Positions 1 through 14,779 of a stretch of DNA of 64,000 bases are shown piece by piece. Position 1 is the first letter of the stretch; every line of letters starts with the position of its first letter. Location: assembly GCF_009914755.1 (NCBI RefSeq), contig NC_060926.1; one strand, given 5' to 3'. The notes below the pieces were generated by a model, which worked only from the letters and a program-made list of their open reading frames with translations, had not been told where the DNA came from and searched no databases. The DNA comes from the human T2T-CHM13v2.0 reference genome, Homo sapiens. The translations under genes and the position numbers were made by a program.

Positions 1-19
1 CTGGTATACACGTTCCCTC

Positions 20-580
20 CCTTCCTCCAACCTTCTTCCTTCACTTAAAACAAGAAAAGAAAACCAGATTTTGTTTGGTCATTCATTCTTCCTTCCAAAG
101 CCTTACCTTCCAGAACAAGCTGACCCATTTCCCTGTTCTAGGAGCAGATGCTAGGTTAGACAAGCAATCAGTACATGCATTTCCCCGAGATGTTACTGGT
201 CCAAGAATGGGAAAGGCAGACTCATGTTAGCCCTATCAACCTGAAGGAAAGGATGCATACTGCAAGAGAGAAGAGAGGTTCCCTTACACTCTCCTGCTGG
301 GCATAAACAAGAAATCTTACAATTCTGATTGCACTGGCAGCCATCTTTTGACACAAGGAAAACCAACCTTAGACTGAAGCTGATGCTGTGACTAGCCATG
401 AATACAAATAGAAAGATCACAAGTCCTTCATAACATCACTAGAATACTGACCATCCATGCTATTATTACATTTCTGAACTTAGTATGTGAGATATTACCT
501 TAAATAACTTATGTCTAAGTGAGTAGAGTTTGCTTATTTTGAATGTCAGGTAATACTTGTGGCTGAAAGCATCTCAATGG
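20..580 (+). mobile_element. Old ERVL LTR, LTR16/LTR33-like
   Basis: Motifs ggcagccatcttt and terminal tacttgtggctgaaagcatc are typical of this group; heavily diverged. Confidence 0.55.
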
Positions 581-654
581 ATAAAGAATATGATTCTTGA
601 AAGTGGGATGCTGCTAATAACAGAATTTTAAAGGGTCCCTTTTGCGATATACTG

Positions 655-760
655 GGATTATTATCCCTGTTTTATAAATAGGAAACTAAAGCTTGAAAAG
701 GTTAAATATACAAAATAAGGCAGGAAACTAGAACTCAGGTTTGTCTAATTCTAAAGTCTA
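655..760 (-). mobile_element. MIR fragment
   Basis: attatccctgtttttataaataggaaactaaagc resembles the MIR core. Confidence 0.6.
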
Positions 761-1390
761 TACTACAACTTCATTTCCAAAGTTCTAACAGTGAGAATGG
801 GTAACTGCAATTATTTTCTGAGAGTTTTCTTTTTAAATCTTAATTCCTTATTCTCTCTGATTTTCCTCTATTCTTTCAATCTATACATTACATAGAAAGT
901 GTTCCTGTTTAAGTTGTTAACATTTTAAATGTTTCTTTTTCCAGTTTTCTTCTATAGTTTTAGTGAAATACATACAATGTTTATTTTTCTTAGTAAAAGT
1001 GAACAAATTTAGCAGGTTAAGTCATTGTGAAAAAGAAGTATTTTATGTCAAAGGGAACCAACATTGACAGACAGCCCACTAATAAGTCAAAGTTAATGCA
1101 TAACTTTAGTCTTATGCCATATTAAATGTCCAACGTTGATAAAGAATTTTTTTTTTTTAATTTCCAAGAAAACTCTTGGACAGAGTCTAAACAAATGTAC
1201 TCTGCAATACATGGATGACTTAGGAGAAATAATAGTAAGATCCTAATTTTAGGCTATAGTTCACCTATTTGCATTATTTTTGTTAAGGCAGGAAAAGTAA
1301 ACAGCCATTAGGATAAAAATGATACAAATTTGTTGAGTTAGTAAAGGCCTTTTGGCATTTATGGCAATCCCCCCAAAAATAAAATGTTTA

Positions 1391-1693
<303 letters not shown>

Positions 1694-1814
1694 TCAAATA
1701 TTTAAAAGATCATTTCATATATTCACTCATATTAGCTCTCCACAAGGTTTTTCACCTTCTTAAATTTCACTATTTCCAAAAATCAAATGAAAATTTTGGA
1801 ACTAAATAACATAG

Positions 1815-1920
1815 TATTTGACATTAAAAACTCAACGAATGGGTCTAACAGCAGATCACAAACAGCAGAAGTCAGGAATAGTAAACCAGAAAAATGGCCC
1901 ATAGAAAATGTCCAAACTCA
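1815..1920 (+). mobile_element. Old L1M ORF1 fragment
   Basis: aaaaactcaacgaatgggtctaacagcaga...acagcagaag resembles the L1M ORF1 coiled-coil region. Confidence 0.55.
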
Positions 1921-3119
1921 ACCTAGTATTTTTTTCTTTTAGTGAGAAAAACTAGAGTGTCTTATAAAACATATCTTTTAAATAATTAGTTCTAAAATGA
2001 TGAAAGCCATGTGTTTTCAATCAAACCTCTTAAATTATTTTAGGTTACTTGTAACTGATATTCGCCATATCTCATTAAACTACAACGAATACAAATGTTG
2101 TCAAAATCAGCATACAGAAAATCCGAGAATCACTTTGAAACACTTCATGAGTCATAACCAAGTGCCTGGCTAGCATCTTCTTTTCAACTACACACTCTGA
2201 ACACGCAAATGTCTGTCTATATGCTTCCCTTGTGTGACAAACTTTCACTGAGTAAAAATCATTTTTCCTAAGTCAAGAGATGGAGCATAGGTAGAAAAGC
2301 CAGACAAGGCTCAGCCTAAAATTTAGGCTGAGATGGGGCATGGAAGAAGATGCAAATGAAGAGCAAAAAATATCTCACCCATAGAAAACCTGTCATGCCA
2401 CATGGTGAAAACTTCTTTTCTGACTGCAGAAAGTTGGTAGTGTGACAGCACACATACAATACACACTCCCCTAAACAGCACCTCATAGCATTCATTAGGA
2501 TCCTCAGTGGAGGGCTAGTCTCCTTTAAGTGCAGGAGAGATGCCAATGCATGAGGGAGGCGTGTTCTTTGAAACTCTGTGCCCTACTTAAACCTTACAAC
2601 CTTGCTGATCACACCATCAGATTTTCAGGCAGATCATTTATAGTACTGGGAAGGATAAGGCTGGACCCACAGACATTTCTTAGGCAGTTACTTAACTAGT
2701 CCAGAAAGTGGCTTAGAGTTGAAAAGGAGAGGTAATTTTGAGAAATACTTAAGAAATAAGATCGTTGGTTTCGGCTGTGTGAGATGAGCAACAAAGAAAA
2801 AGTCCTCTTAATCATTATCATACAGGTACAGCACCCAGGGCTTGCCAGGGTCCAAGAAAAGTGAAAAATACGGAAATATAAAAAATACGAAATATGAAAA
2901 GAAAGGTATGGCTCCAAAACACAAAAAAAGAAAATTATAAAACTAAAGTTAATTTCAAAAGCAATTTACATAAAATCCTTACACAATTTTCACAGCAGAA
3001 AATATGTATTTGATACGAAGTATAGTGTGTAGTATAATGTAAGGTAGGGGCCTCTGGATGAATAGTGCCAGGCCTTACAAATACAATAAAATACACCTAA
3101 AAGAAAAACTGAAAATAAT

Positions 3120-3265
3120 TTCTTAGTTTCTGTCTTATGGAATTGACTGAATAATAATGTGACCAGCTAATAAAGGAAATATAGATATCACAGCACATTT
3201 GGGAGAAAAGTGTTGAGTTCAGTTTGAGATATACTGAGATTGAGGTGCCTATGAGGAATCAAGTT
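3120..3265 (-). mobile_element. L2 fragment
   Basis: tgagttcagtttgagatatactgagattgaggtgcct is a typical L2 segment. Confidence 0.6.
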
Positions 3266-4759
3266 CAAGGACTTATTCCTAATTTTAGAGCCCCTAGTTG
3301 ACACAGTAAATGCATAAATAACACTGATGGGTATAAAATAGACAAACTGGCTACCCCTTAATGGATTACGTGTATGTTAAAAACAAATTGATGTGAACTG
3401 GGAGAATCACCAGTTGAAATGGGAGTATCAGATAAGAATAATACATATATCGGTGCAACTTCTATTTCAGACTTTGCTTAACACTTCCTAGCCATACATC
3501 AAGTTTAAAACAAGGAAAATGTCAATCATATTTGGGCACATAAATTACTCAATGTATATTGTGAGTAAAATTCCTCTATCTATGACCATTACAGCCCCTT
3601 TTTACTCACTATTTTTTCTTTTCCAAGTAATGATTTTATGGCAATTTTCAGTAACAAAAGAAAGACTGTAAGTTACCCCAGAGATATTAATTTGAAACAT
3701 TTCCATCAAGATTTACTGGGCCAAAGTGGATGGGAAGTGATTATAAATGTAAAGCCATGAGTAGAATGGGAGAGTGCAAGAAGGCAGGAATGAGAAAGAG
3801 ATATGAAGGTCTGGGTGCTACTTTTCTCCAAACTAAATCCTTAGCCTTCAAGTATTTGCTGGTATCAGCTGGTGAAAACTGTGTGACAGATATAAGATGA
3901 CAGGCAATGTGGTAATGTGGTGAAAGTACTTGAATTTTGTAGTTAGGAAAAACTGAGTTCAAATTAAAGTTTTATAACTTCCAAGTGATCCTGGAGAAAT
4001 GCAGGGGAAATGGCAACCAAAAGGAAAGAAAGAGAGGCTTCTGTTTCTCATTTTACCTCACCTTCTTCCTTCCTTATTCTGGACCATTTACATCAAGGCT
4101 GTTTACCATAGATAATCAGATGACCAGACTATTTGGAAATAAGGTGGTGAAGAATTCTAGAATTATAATATGTTAGGAGTAGAAAGATGAAGAAACCAAC
4201 TTCAAGAAATTCTGTGATTTGCCCCAAATCAGTCTTCTAATTCAATTAATGGTAAATTGAATAGGTATTTGAATTGCCATACCAGAATTTTTTTCCTGTA
4301 TACCACAATTTAAACCTGAAAAAAACAGTATAATTAAGTAATTGAAGTGGAATTTACACTTTATAATTTACCATAAAAAGCAAATTTCCATGAACTCCTG
4401 TGACAAGCTCTATTCTCCAAGTATTCAATTATTTCAGCATTCAGTATGAAATAATACTGAATTGTATTCATTCTATTTAATAGAAAGATTAATATCAAAT
4501 CTTGTGGACAGGAATCAGAGCAGGCCCTGCTCGCTCACACAGGTATAAGTGATTGGAGAAGGAATTAGACATGTTAGTCCTAAACATTAACATCAACTTT
4601 CTATCCTCTATTTGTGACTACCAAAAGAAATTTCATATATTTGACCTCTGTCTTCAGAAGTCTCTGCTTTTAAGTCTTTTCCAAATAGATGAATGTATAT
4701 ATGAATGAACAAATAAAGGGATGAACAAAGACAACGGATAAATATTCCAAGCCTTTGGT

Positions 4760-5000
4760 GAGGCAGCAATGTAGAATGATTAAGAGCAAAGACTCCGAAG
4801 TCAGACAATCTGGGTTCAAATAGCAGCAGCACAAGTTATTAAATGTGTGACCTTCATCAAGTTACTCAATCTCCATCCAGGTCTTCTGTTTCCTCATCTG
4901 TAAAATGGGGGTAATAACAATACATAGAGTTGTTGCGAGGATTAAATGAGGTTAGAGGCCTGGCATAAGGTAAGTCCAGTGGATAAGTATGCTCTTGTAT
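4760..5000 (+). mobile_element. MIR
   Basis: ctgggttcaaat...tgtgtgacctt...tctgtttcctcatctgtaaaatggg core. Confidence 0.85.
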
Positions 5001-5320
5001 TATTGTTCTTACAAGTTGGGTTATTATTGCAGGGTTAGCAGGAGTATTTGTTTCTGGGCACTGTACTGTAAGCCAAAACACTAAGTGAAGCTCAGCTGAT
5101 AGGGAAGAGCCAAGAGCTCCCAAGAAAAACTGTTCCAACCAAAAGCCAACCTAAGAGAAATGGCACTGACTTTAGCTTTATGAGTTATGAATATCTTTTC
5201 TCTTGATCTCTTTCCTTATTCAAGAAATTGACGGAAGCCGACAAGCTAGACAAACAGGAAAGAAGGGGTAAGATGGAATGGAAGGAAGCAGCTACCGCAA
5301 AATGCTTTAAAAGCTTTTCA

Positions 5321-5617
5321 GGCCGGGTGTGGTGGTTCACGCCTATAATCCCAGCACTTTGGGAGGCCAAAGTGGGTGACACGAAGTCAAGAGATCGAGA
5401 CCATCCTGGCCAACATGGTGAAACCCCGTCTCTACTAAAAATGCAAAAATTAGCTGGGCGTAGTGGCACACGTCTATAATCCCAGCTACTCGGGAGGCTG
5501 AGGCAGGAGAATAGCTTGAACCCGGAAGCAGAGGGGGTTGCAGTGAGCCGAGATCGTGCCACTGCACTCCAGCCTGGCAACACAGTGAGATTCCATTCAA
5601 AAAAAAAAAAAAAAAAA
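5321..5617 (+). mobile_element. Full-length AluS (AluSc-like)
   Basis: Dimeric Alu with A tail; TSD aaaagcttttc / aaaagtttttc. Confidence 0.92.
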
Positions 5618-5776
5618 GTTTTTCTATTCTTAATTACTGAGTGTTACCATTCACGAGGAATTTTTAAAGGGTCTCAAAGCTATTAAAATGGTAATTAGAT
5701 CCCAAGAAAACAAGAACCAATTCAATTACATGCTGAATGCTTTTAAAATTTAAAGCCCTATATTAAGAGAGTTTTA

Positions 5777-5941
<165 letters not shown>

Positions 5942-6699
5942 CTATTCAGAAACTGTGCTTTCTACATTTTTCAATAAAACAAGATAAAACAACGTCCCAC
6001 CACCACCACCTTCTCTTGTTGTTTTCAAGACAAAGTACTGCCACATAATGGAAGGGAAGCACTTGGGTTTAACTATGCTTGTGTTTCTCTGGACCTGGCC
6101 CCCAGCCAGCTTCTCTGTGGTGATAAGAACAGCACCAAAGTACTACCCAATCCAGTTAACAACCATGGAATCAAAATTCACATCCATCTAAGGGAAGATC
6201 AACCACCTCTCTCAAGAGGACAATTCCTTTCTTACGTATCCATTTAACCATATGGCTTGCTAAAGAAAAGAAAAAAAAAAAAACGCAGAAAATGTATCCT
6301 ATTTTCCTTTCTTCCCATTAGTAGCACTGCTCCAAAATTTTGGCTGAGTCTATGTTGGCAATTTTCCAGGACCCTGGGTTGTCCTTAATTGGCATGATTG
6401 CCCAATAATGTGCATAATCTGCATTACTGAACACTCAAGTCCAAAGCAAACAACTATAATACTTGTTTTCATTCCCTGCTAAAACCTTATCTTTGATTAA
6501 CATAGAAAAATAGAGAAAAAATAAACACAAATAACATGCTCTTTACACAAACACAGATGAACCTATAACAATCTGGCATAAAACACTGAAAAAAATGTCA
6601 GTTGTGACACATATTAAAAATAAAAAGCCACCTTACACATTTTTATAGCGATTTACAATTTACAAAGAACCTATATGTCCTTCTATAACTCAAAGATAA

Positions 6700-7208
6700 T
6701 GAAGGAATTCAGGACATGTCACCCCAAAATATGCCACTTTGCTGTATCGAGTATTTTGAGCTAAAGGCACTTCAAAAACATCAAATGCAGACACAGGCTT
6801 TCTCTGACTCTCCCTATCTACCTAAAGATAGATCATCCAAAAGGAACTCAACTGTTACCAATGTCCTCCCATGAGTTTCAGCAACCGGGGAAGACTGACT
6901 CTTACGGAGGAGAGAAGACTAAAAGTCGACAACACATTCATACAAACTCTTTCACAAACTATCATTTACCTTCCCGTAAATGGCCAGAAACTTCCCTCCC
7001 ATTCCCCTGTTATGATGGTATACAAACTCTCAAATCTCACTTTTTGGAGTGGGATTCACTTTATTTTTTTCTGTGATGCCCCTGTGCAAGTAGTATTAAA
7101 AATTAACAAATTTGTATACCTTCTCTCCTGTTAATCTGCCTATTGTTTATTTCATAGACCCAGCTCTCAAACATAGGAGGGTAGAGGGAAAGTCTTTCCT
7201 CCCCTACA
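6700..7208 (+). mobile_element. ERV1 solo LTR, MER34-family
   Basis: TG...CA termini (tgaaggaattcagg...cctcccctaca) and 4-bp TSD ataa on both sides. Confidence 0.8.
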
Positions 7209-7665
7209 ATAACTGCAATGACTCATTGCTCAAAAGAAATTTTGCAGCTTTTACTGGTACTAAAGAAACAATAGTCACTTGAATTTGGAATGATACATTT
7301 AAAAGGCGTTGAAATGGCACCTTAATAATTCAGGAACATTACTAGGGGCAAGAGGAAATTTTCTGGAGTTTTTCCTGATAGGGATGGTTCAGTCTCTCAA
7401 TTTAACTCTTCAAACAGTTCACAGTAGGCATGTTCAAATCATGACAGCTAGGTTTACAATGGGCTCCTGAATTTCTTATCTCCATAAATTTCCCAGTCTT
7501 TGAGAACTAGGTCCAAAGGCTAATGCTTTGAATCTGCTGCAGGCAAGGAGATGGTAACCTATCCCTTGCTATTTAGCACGTTGGTATATATTTTAACTTT
7601 ACATAATATCAAATAATACAGTTGGTAAAATATAGTTATCTATCTGTTTAAAAATTCAATTAACT

Positions 7666-8202
<537 letters not shown>

Positions 8203-9289
8203 TTCAATTAACTTAAAAGAAAATCAAACTAAAGAAAACAAATTCTGAAACAAAACTTGACAATATATTTAAAGAATTTTAAAATTATTTGCACAAGTTG
8301 ATCAAAAATTTCTAACCCCCAAGACCGCACGTACTGAGATGTTTCATATGATATGGTGTTACTTCCAATAGTATGGTTTAAAAGCAATCTATTATACCAA
8401 AAGCAGAATGACTATATAAATTACAATACAACCTTAACTTTGAAATCACCCTTTCCTCAACTCATAGGTGTGCATCTGTAATCCATTTCTAAGTCTTGAA
8501 AACATAAAGAATTTTAAATAATTTAAAAATATTTATAATGTATACTTTTATCTGATATGATCTCCAGTCAGAAAAAACAAACAATTTTGAGGAATGATGA
8601 GATTATGAGTGATTTTTATTCTTTTCCCCAAAGTGCTACATTTCTGTTTTTCAATAACCTGAAAAATTAAGGACTTTAAAAATCATTGCATTTTTCACAA
8701 AACAGAAAAATGCTCATTGTCAATTTTAAATGGAACAATCAGGCTATAAAATGATATGTATAATATCTCAATTTGGTTCAAATCCATTAGGAAAACATTT
8801 CTTCAGATATTAATACTTCAAATTGTTAACATTAGTTGTTTCTGAGTAGCATGAATTATTATATTTTTCTCATAATAAAGATAATACATACTATTTAAGA
8901 AAATCTGAAAAATAAAAATATATAGAATAAATCACCCACATCCCACTGTACATACATGTGTGTGTATATACGTATCTATATACCTAATATATATGTACAC
9001 AAAAACACAAATATGTACATTTTCCTCATATACATCTAAGATTACTTACTTGTACGGTTTGCATCCTTAACATTATTGCATGTACATTTTCCCATGCTAT
9101 TTTCTTATTTATACTTGTCTTTATTGTCTATATTGTTCACCAATTAGATCACATTTGAAATTTTTAAGAAATAAATGCAACTCCACCAAACTTGAATACT
9201 TCATCTTGCTTTCATTTAAAAGCATCCATTTACCCTGTCTGTCTTACATATGCCAATCTATAAAACGTTTTCTAATAATCCATACTTAC

Positions 9290-9321
9290 TCTCTTCCATA
9301 ATACTTTGGTCTGTTTTCCAC
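9290..9321 (-). CDS. CHN1: CHN1 exon 4 (32 nt, phase 0-2), VENRPKYYGR(E)
   Basis: Minus strand tttttgctttcccaatag|GTGGAAAACAGACCAAAGTATTATGGAAGAGA|gtaagt; in frame with exons 3 and 5. Confidence 0.97.
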
Positions 9322-9444
9322 CTATTGGGAAAGCAAAAAAACAGGCATATTTGTAAAAATGCAAATGTGCAGAACATAACTCAACATTTTGTGCATGTGA
9401 CAAAGTAAAGCATATATTAAAAAAAGAATTCAAATAACAGAGTA

Positions 9445-9570
9445 TGGAGTCCCAGTTCTACCAGCAGGTTACCTGTGCCATTTGGACTGGTCACTTCATC
9501 TCTCCAGACCTATTTCTTATTTATAAAATGCTATGTATGTAGTTGGACTAAACTATCTTTAGTTTCTAGA
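9445..9570 (+). mobile_element. MIR/MIR3 fragment
   Basis: gtcacttcatctctcc...tatttcttatttataaaatg...gttggactaaa. Confidence 0.5.
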
Positions 9571-9864
9571 ATTTAACGAGCTGAAAAAAATTTCACTTTA
9601 TTCAAGAGTAAAATACAACACCCCAAAACATATAGCCACAATTGTGACACACTCAATTGCAGCTTTCTCCCCCATCCTCCCCTGCTATTCCTCTCCTTCT
9701 TGCTCCAGACTCTCCATTCAGTTAGCATTTCCATATACTCTTACCCTTCTGTTGTCCCATCATCTCTTCCCTCACCACAGCTTATCAGGGCATGTGTGTT
9801 GGCTATAGCTAAGAAAAGTCCCAGCAAGATAAATGCCCAGGAATTTTCACAGGAAGATAGACAG

Positions 9865-10190
9865 CATTCAAAATACACTCACTGAACAGCAAATATGTGA
9901 CAGGCATTGTTCTACCTGCAGGGACACATTACTGTATAAGACCAAAATTCTTTTGGAACTTACATTCTAATAGTGACAGACAGACAATAAAGAAGCTTTA
10001 AAAAGAAAATAGAAAGTAAGAGTAAGTACTATAATGAAAATAGGAGTGGGTAACAAAAGGGAAGACTAGTGAGGTACTTATTAAGCTGAGGTACTTATTA
10101 AGCTGGGTGGTTAGCAAAGCTCTCTCTGAGATGACATTTAAAGTGAGTCCTGAATGACAAGATGCCAACTCCGACTGTTCATAGGAACAG
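9865..10190 (-). mobile_element. L2 3' end
   Basis: caggcattgttcta, ggaacttacattcta and ctctctgagatgacatttaaagtgagtcctgaatga; carries a 17-bp tandem duplication at 10071-10104. Confidence 0.7.
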
Positions 10191-10399
10191 CAAAAAAGCT
10201 TTTCCCTAGTAGGTACTTTGATGACACCATGTACTATGTTATTGAGCTCTTGCTATTTACTATGTGTTTTAGTTACATTTAAAGATCACTGAATCCTCAA
10301 AATAAAATAGGAATTATTCTACTTTGTCTTTATGAAACAGTATTATCATCCTCACTTTATTTTTCTGGGCAAAATTCACCTTTTCTTTCAAATGTACTT

Positions 10400-11130
10400 A
10401 TAACTAACAAATAAAAGGGGTGTGTGAATGTATTATGGTATATGGCATGATGTTTTGATATTTGTATATATTGTGGAATGGCTAAAATAAGCTAATTAAC
10501 ACACACATTACTTCACATACTTTTTTTTTTTTGTGGTTAGAACACATAAAATTTACCCTCAGCAATTTTCAAGTATATAATACATTGTTATTAACTATAG
10601 TCACTAAGTTGTACAACAGCTCTTTTGAACATATTCCTCCAACCTAATGAAATTTTGTATCCTTTAACCAATATCTCCTGAATTCCCACCCCAACCACGT
10701 TCTTTCCTTCTCCTTCCCTCTGCCCCGATAACCACTATTCTACTTCTTGCTACTACGAATTCAACATGTTTAGATTCCACAAGTGAGATCATGCAGTATT
10801 TGTCTTTCTGGGCCTGCTTTGTTTCACTTAACATAAGGTCCTCTAAGTTCATCCGTGTTGTTGCAAATGACAGGACTTCCTTTGGTATTCAATTTGAAAT
10901 AAACAGTATTCCATTGTATACTGAAATGGAATATACAGTATTCCATTATGTATATATACACCACATTTTTTTTATCCATTCATTCACTGATGAACACTTA
11001 GGTTGGTTCCATATCTTGAATACTATGAATAATGCTGCAAGGAACATGGGAGTGCAGATATTTCATCAACATATTAATTTCATTTCCTTTGGGTATACAC
11101 CAACTAGTGAGATTGCAGAATCATGGTAGT
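10400..11130 (-). mobile_element. L1MA-type 3' end
   Basis: Minus-strand ORF MNLEDLMLSETKQAQKDKYCMISL is the L1 ORF2 C-terminus, followed by an L1MA 3'UTR. Confidence 0.85.
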
Positions 11131-11461
11131 GGAGAAACTGAGCGTCGGAGAGATTACGTAACTTATTCAAGGTTACTTGTTCAAGTGGTGGGGCTCAAGG
11201 CACAATTAGGATTCTTACTCAAAAATGGCAAAAAGGGAAAAAGCCCTCTGTCTATTTGACACTGACTCATTTGAATTTGGTTAAATATGGCAGTTCCCAA
11301 AGCAACTCAAAGCCTATCTTTTCAGTGATCTTCTCCCTTAGTTCTGCATACAGCTTGAGTGCCAATATCAAGTCTGATACTGTTTTCAGCAAACTTGATA
11401 TAGTTACTCACAGCATAGAAAAACTTTTGTGCTTCAATAAAAAATTATGCATCATCTATAG

Positions 11462-11959
11462 CGGTGATCCCCAACATTTTTGGCACCAGGGACTGGTTTT
11501 GTGGAAGACAATTTTTCCATGGACCAGGGCAGGAGCGGGGGTATGGTTTCAGGATGATTCAAGCACATTGCACTTACTGTGTACTTTATTTCTATTATTA
11601 TTATATACTCACCATAATGTAGAATCAGTAGGAGCCCTGAGCTTGTTTTCCTGCAACTAGACGGCCCCATCTGGGGGTGATGGGAGACAGTGACAGATCA
11701 TCAAGCATTGGATTCTCATAAGGGGCATGCAACCTAGGTCCCTCGCATGTGCAGTTCACAATAGGGTTCGCGTTCCCATGAGTCTAATATGGCCGCTGAT
11801 CTGAGAGGAGGCAGAGCTCAGGCAATAATGTGGGCAATGGGGAGCGGCTGTAGTTGAAGCTTCGCTGGCTCACCTACCATTCACCTCCTGCTGTGCAGCC
11901 TGGTTCCTAACAGGCCACAGAGTGGTACTGGTCCATGGCCTGGGGATTGGGGACACCTA
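11462..11959. mobile_element. MER1A (hAT-Charlie) DNA transposon
   Basis: Terminal inverted repeats (..tccccaac / ttggggac..) and perfect 8-bp TSD atctatag at 11454-11461 and 11960-11967. Confidence 0.9.
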
Positions 11960-12312
11960 ATCTATAGCATACCCTACTGGCTTATCAGATTCTAGGCCAG
12001 TGCCTTTTGTCTGAGCTATTTTGGTACTGCCTAAGTTGTAGGTAACTAATAGATACATTTTTTCCTGCATATTGGCGGTTGAACTGACTTTTTCCCTACC
12101 CTCTCTCCGAGTGGAAAAACTAGTTTTGTCTCCATGTGCAATTCATCTCAATATTCCTTGACTCCATTTAAGAGTTTTTGGAGTTTTCCTTTCAACCGAT
12201 TATAACATCTGCCTAGTTCTCTCATATTTTATGAGTAAAATAAATTTTTAATATGTGTTCATTTTCATGTCTATAGGAGAGTCATGATTTTAACTTTTCA
12301 TTAAAATTATAT

Positions 12313-12691
12313 GGTATTAGTCCATCCTCACACTGTTAATAAAGGCATACGTGATGAAACTGGGTAATTTATAAAGGAAAGAGGTTTAATTAACTCACAG
12401 TTCCGCATGGCTGGGGAGGTTTCAGGAAACTTACAATTATGGCAGAAGGGGAAGCAAACAGGTCCTTCTTCACATGGCAGTAGCAAGGAGAAGTGCCAAG
12501 CAAAAGAGGGAAAAGCCCCTTATAAAACCATCAGATCTCGTGAGAACTCACTCACTATCACGAGAACTCCATGAAGGTAACTGCTCCCATGATTCAATTA
12601 CCTCCCACTGGGTCCCTCGCCCAACAAATGGGAATTATGGGAACCACAATTCAAGATAAGATTTGGGTGAGGACACAGCCAAACCATATCA
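12313..12691 (-). mobile_element. THE1C/THE1D-like MaLR solo LTR
   Basis: gtattagtcc...ggacacagccaaaccatatca; near-perfect 5-bp TSD tatat/tatac. Confidence 0.88.
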
Positions 12692-13164
12692 TATACTTAA
12701 ATAATACTTTATCCCTCATGAATCTTCTGTTATCTGTGAGGTTGTAGTCAGGTTATTTATTATCTTCCCGAGGTAAGTTCCACCTGATTTGGCCTTGTTC
12801 CATAATAATTTCTCTGCTTATAAAACTCAGTGTACTAAGAATATGTCAGCTGGCTCCTACAGCTACAGATGATGGCTATTCTAGTTTTAGTACAGAGCTT
12901 AGAGTGGGGTCAGGCAACTGCTTGAGAATAAACCTTTGCTTACGAAGATGAAATTTCAATGTTTAAGTCTTAGATAATTAATTTTCTATAGCATTATATG
13001 ATAAAATGTTACTCAAAAGAACCATTTAGTAGTGTCCTTTCCAACTAAAAATGTGAAATGCTCAGTATTTACTCTAAATGAAGATATACATGCACATGTA
13101 CACATGAAAACATGAATAAGAATGTTCTCATATGCACTGTTCATAGTCATTTTTAAAATGGGTT

Positions 13165-13488
13165 AGTCAGGCATGGTGGCTCATACCTGTAATCCCAGCA
13201 CTTTGAGAGACCAAGGTAGGAGAACTGCTTGAGGCCATAAGCTCAAGTCTAGCCTGGCAACACAGCAAGACCCCTATCTCTACAAAATATTTTTAAATAT
13301 TTTTTTGGTGGTGGCACATGCCTGTAGTCCTAGCTACTCAGGAGGCTGAGATGAGAGGACTGCCTGAGCCCAGGAGGTTGAGGCTGCAGTGAGCCATGAT
13401 CACATCACTGCACTCTCAGCCTGAGTGACAGAGTAAGACCCTGTCATTCATTTATTCATTCATTCACTCATACATACATAAAAAAAAA
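13165..13488 (+). mobile_element. AluJ with (CATT)n-converted tail
   Basis: Diverged dimeric Alu with the J-type gagcccaggaggttgaggctgcag. Confidence 0.88.
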
Positions 13489-13839
13489 GAAATATTTTAA
13501 ATATACACCAATAGGGCAATAACTAACCTGATTTATAATGTAAATAATATACACAGTTTGAAGGAATAATGTAGATCTATTGAGACTAACATGGCAAAAT
13601 CATTAAGACAAACGATTGAATACAAATATAAATTATGAAATAACAATACAGAATGACACCGTTTAGGAAAAAGCACATACACACGTAATATGTATTTATG
13701 GCATAAATAGAGATCTGGAAGTATGCATACCAAATTCAAATTGTTACCTCAAGGAAAGTGGGTGGAGAACAGACCTGAGGGGGCCAAGGAAAAGGCATAA
13801 AAGGAACTTCAATCTTGACCATAATATCATAACTCTTAA

Positions 13840-14195
<356 letters not shown>

Positions 14196-14779
14196 AACAA
14201 TATAAATTAAGATTAGCTTTTGTGTAACCTAATATCAAAGCTTGAGACACATTAGAATGGGGTCCCCCAACATTTTGAGAAGAGATCACGACCTTTCCTT
14301 CAAATCATGAGATCTTTGCAGGTAGTTGAAGGTATATGGCACTGAGGTTAAAGGAGAGTTTTTTAAAATACTCTACTTATCAAGGAAAATCCTGGACAAG
14401 TATAAAGAAGTGTGACAGTAGTGAGATTGGTGGCTGCAAATGGTGTGGCAATCCATTACATTTCCCAATCCAAGACAAATACTGATTATTTATTCAATAG
14501 TCTTACAGTAAGTCCATAATCTGCTTCCATTAACTGCCTAAGTAATCATCTTCAGAAAACAATTGATTATGGTCTTACATTACTAAATAATTATTTGCTT
14601 TACCCAAAATAATTTTGAATTAAAGGAAATTAGGTAAGCACTGATAATTAAGAGTATTTTTATATATAATGAGCACTATATCGAAAATAAAATTCACACA
14701 CCAATTTCATCTTTCCTGTATTTTTATAATTGAAATGTCAATCAAAACTTGAGATTTTTTTTCTCTCATGTCTAGATAG

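Noticed and set aside
5321-5617. Exonisation of the antisense Alu just downstream of exon 5
   Set aside because: The usual AG dinucleotides after the U-tract are mutated (ttttgaatgg) and the usual donor positions are not GT.
10071-10104. 17-bp tandem duplication starting tgaggta, resembling a let-7 5' end
   Set aside because: Lies in an L2 fragment with no hairpin partner; ordinary slippage duplication.
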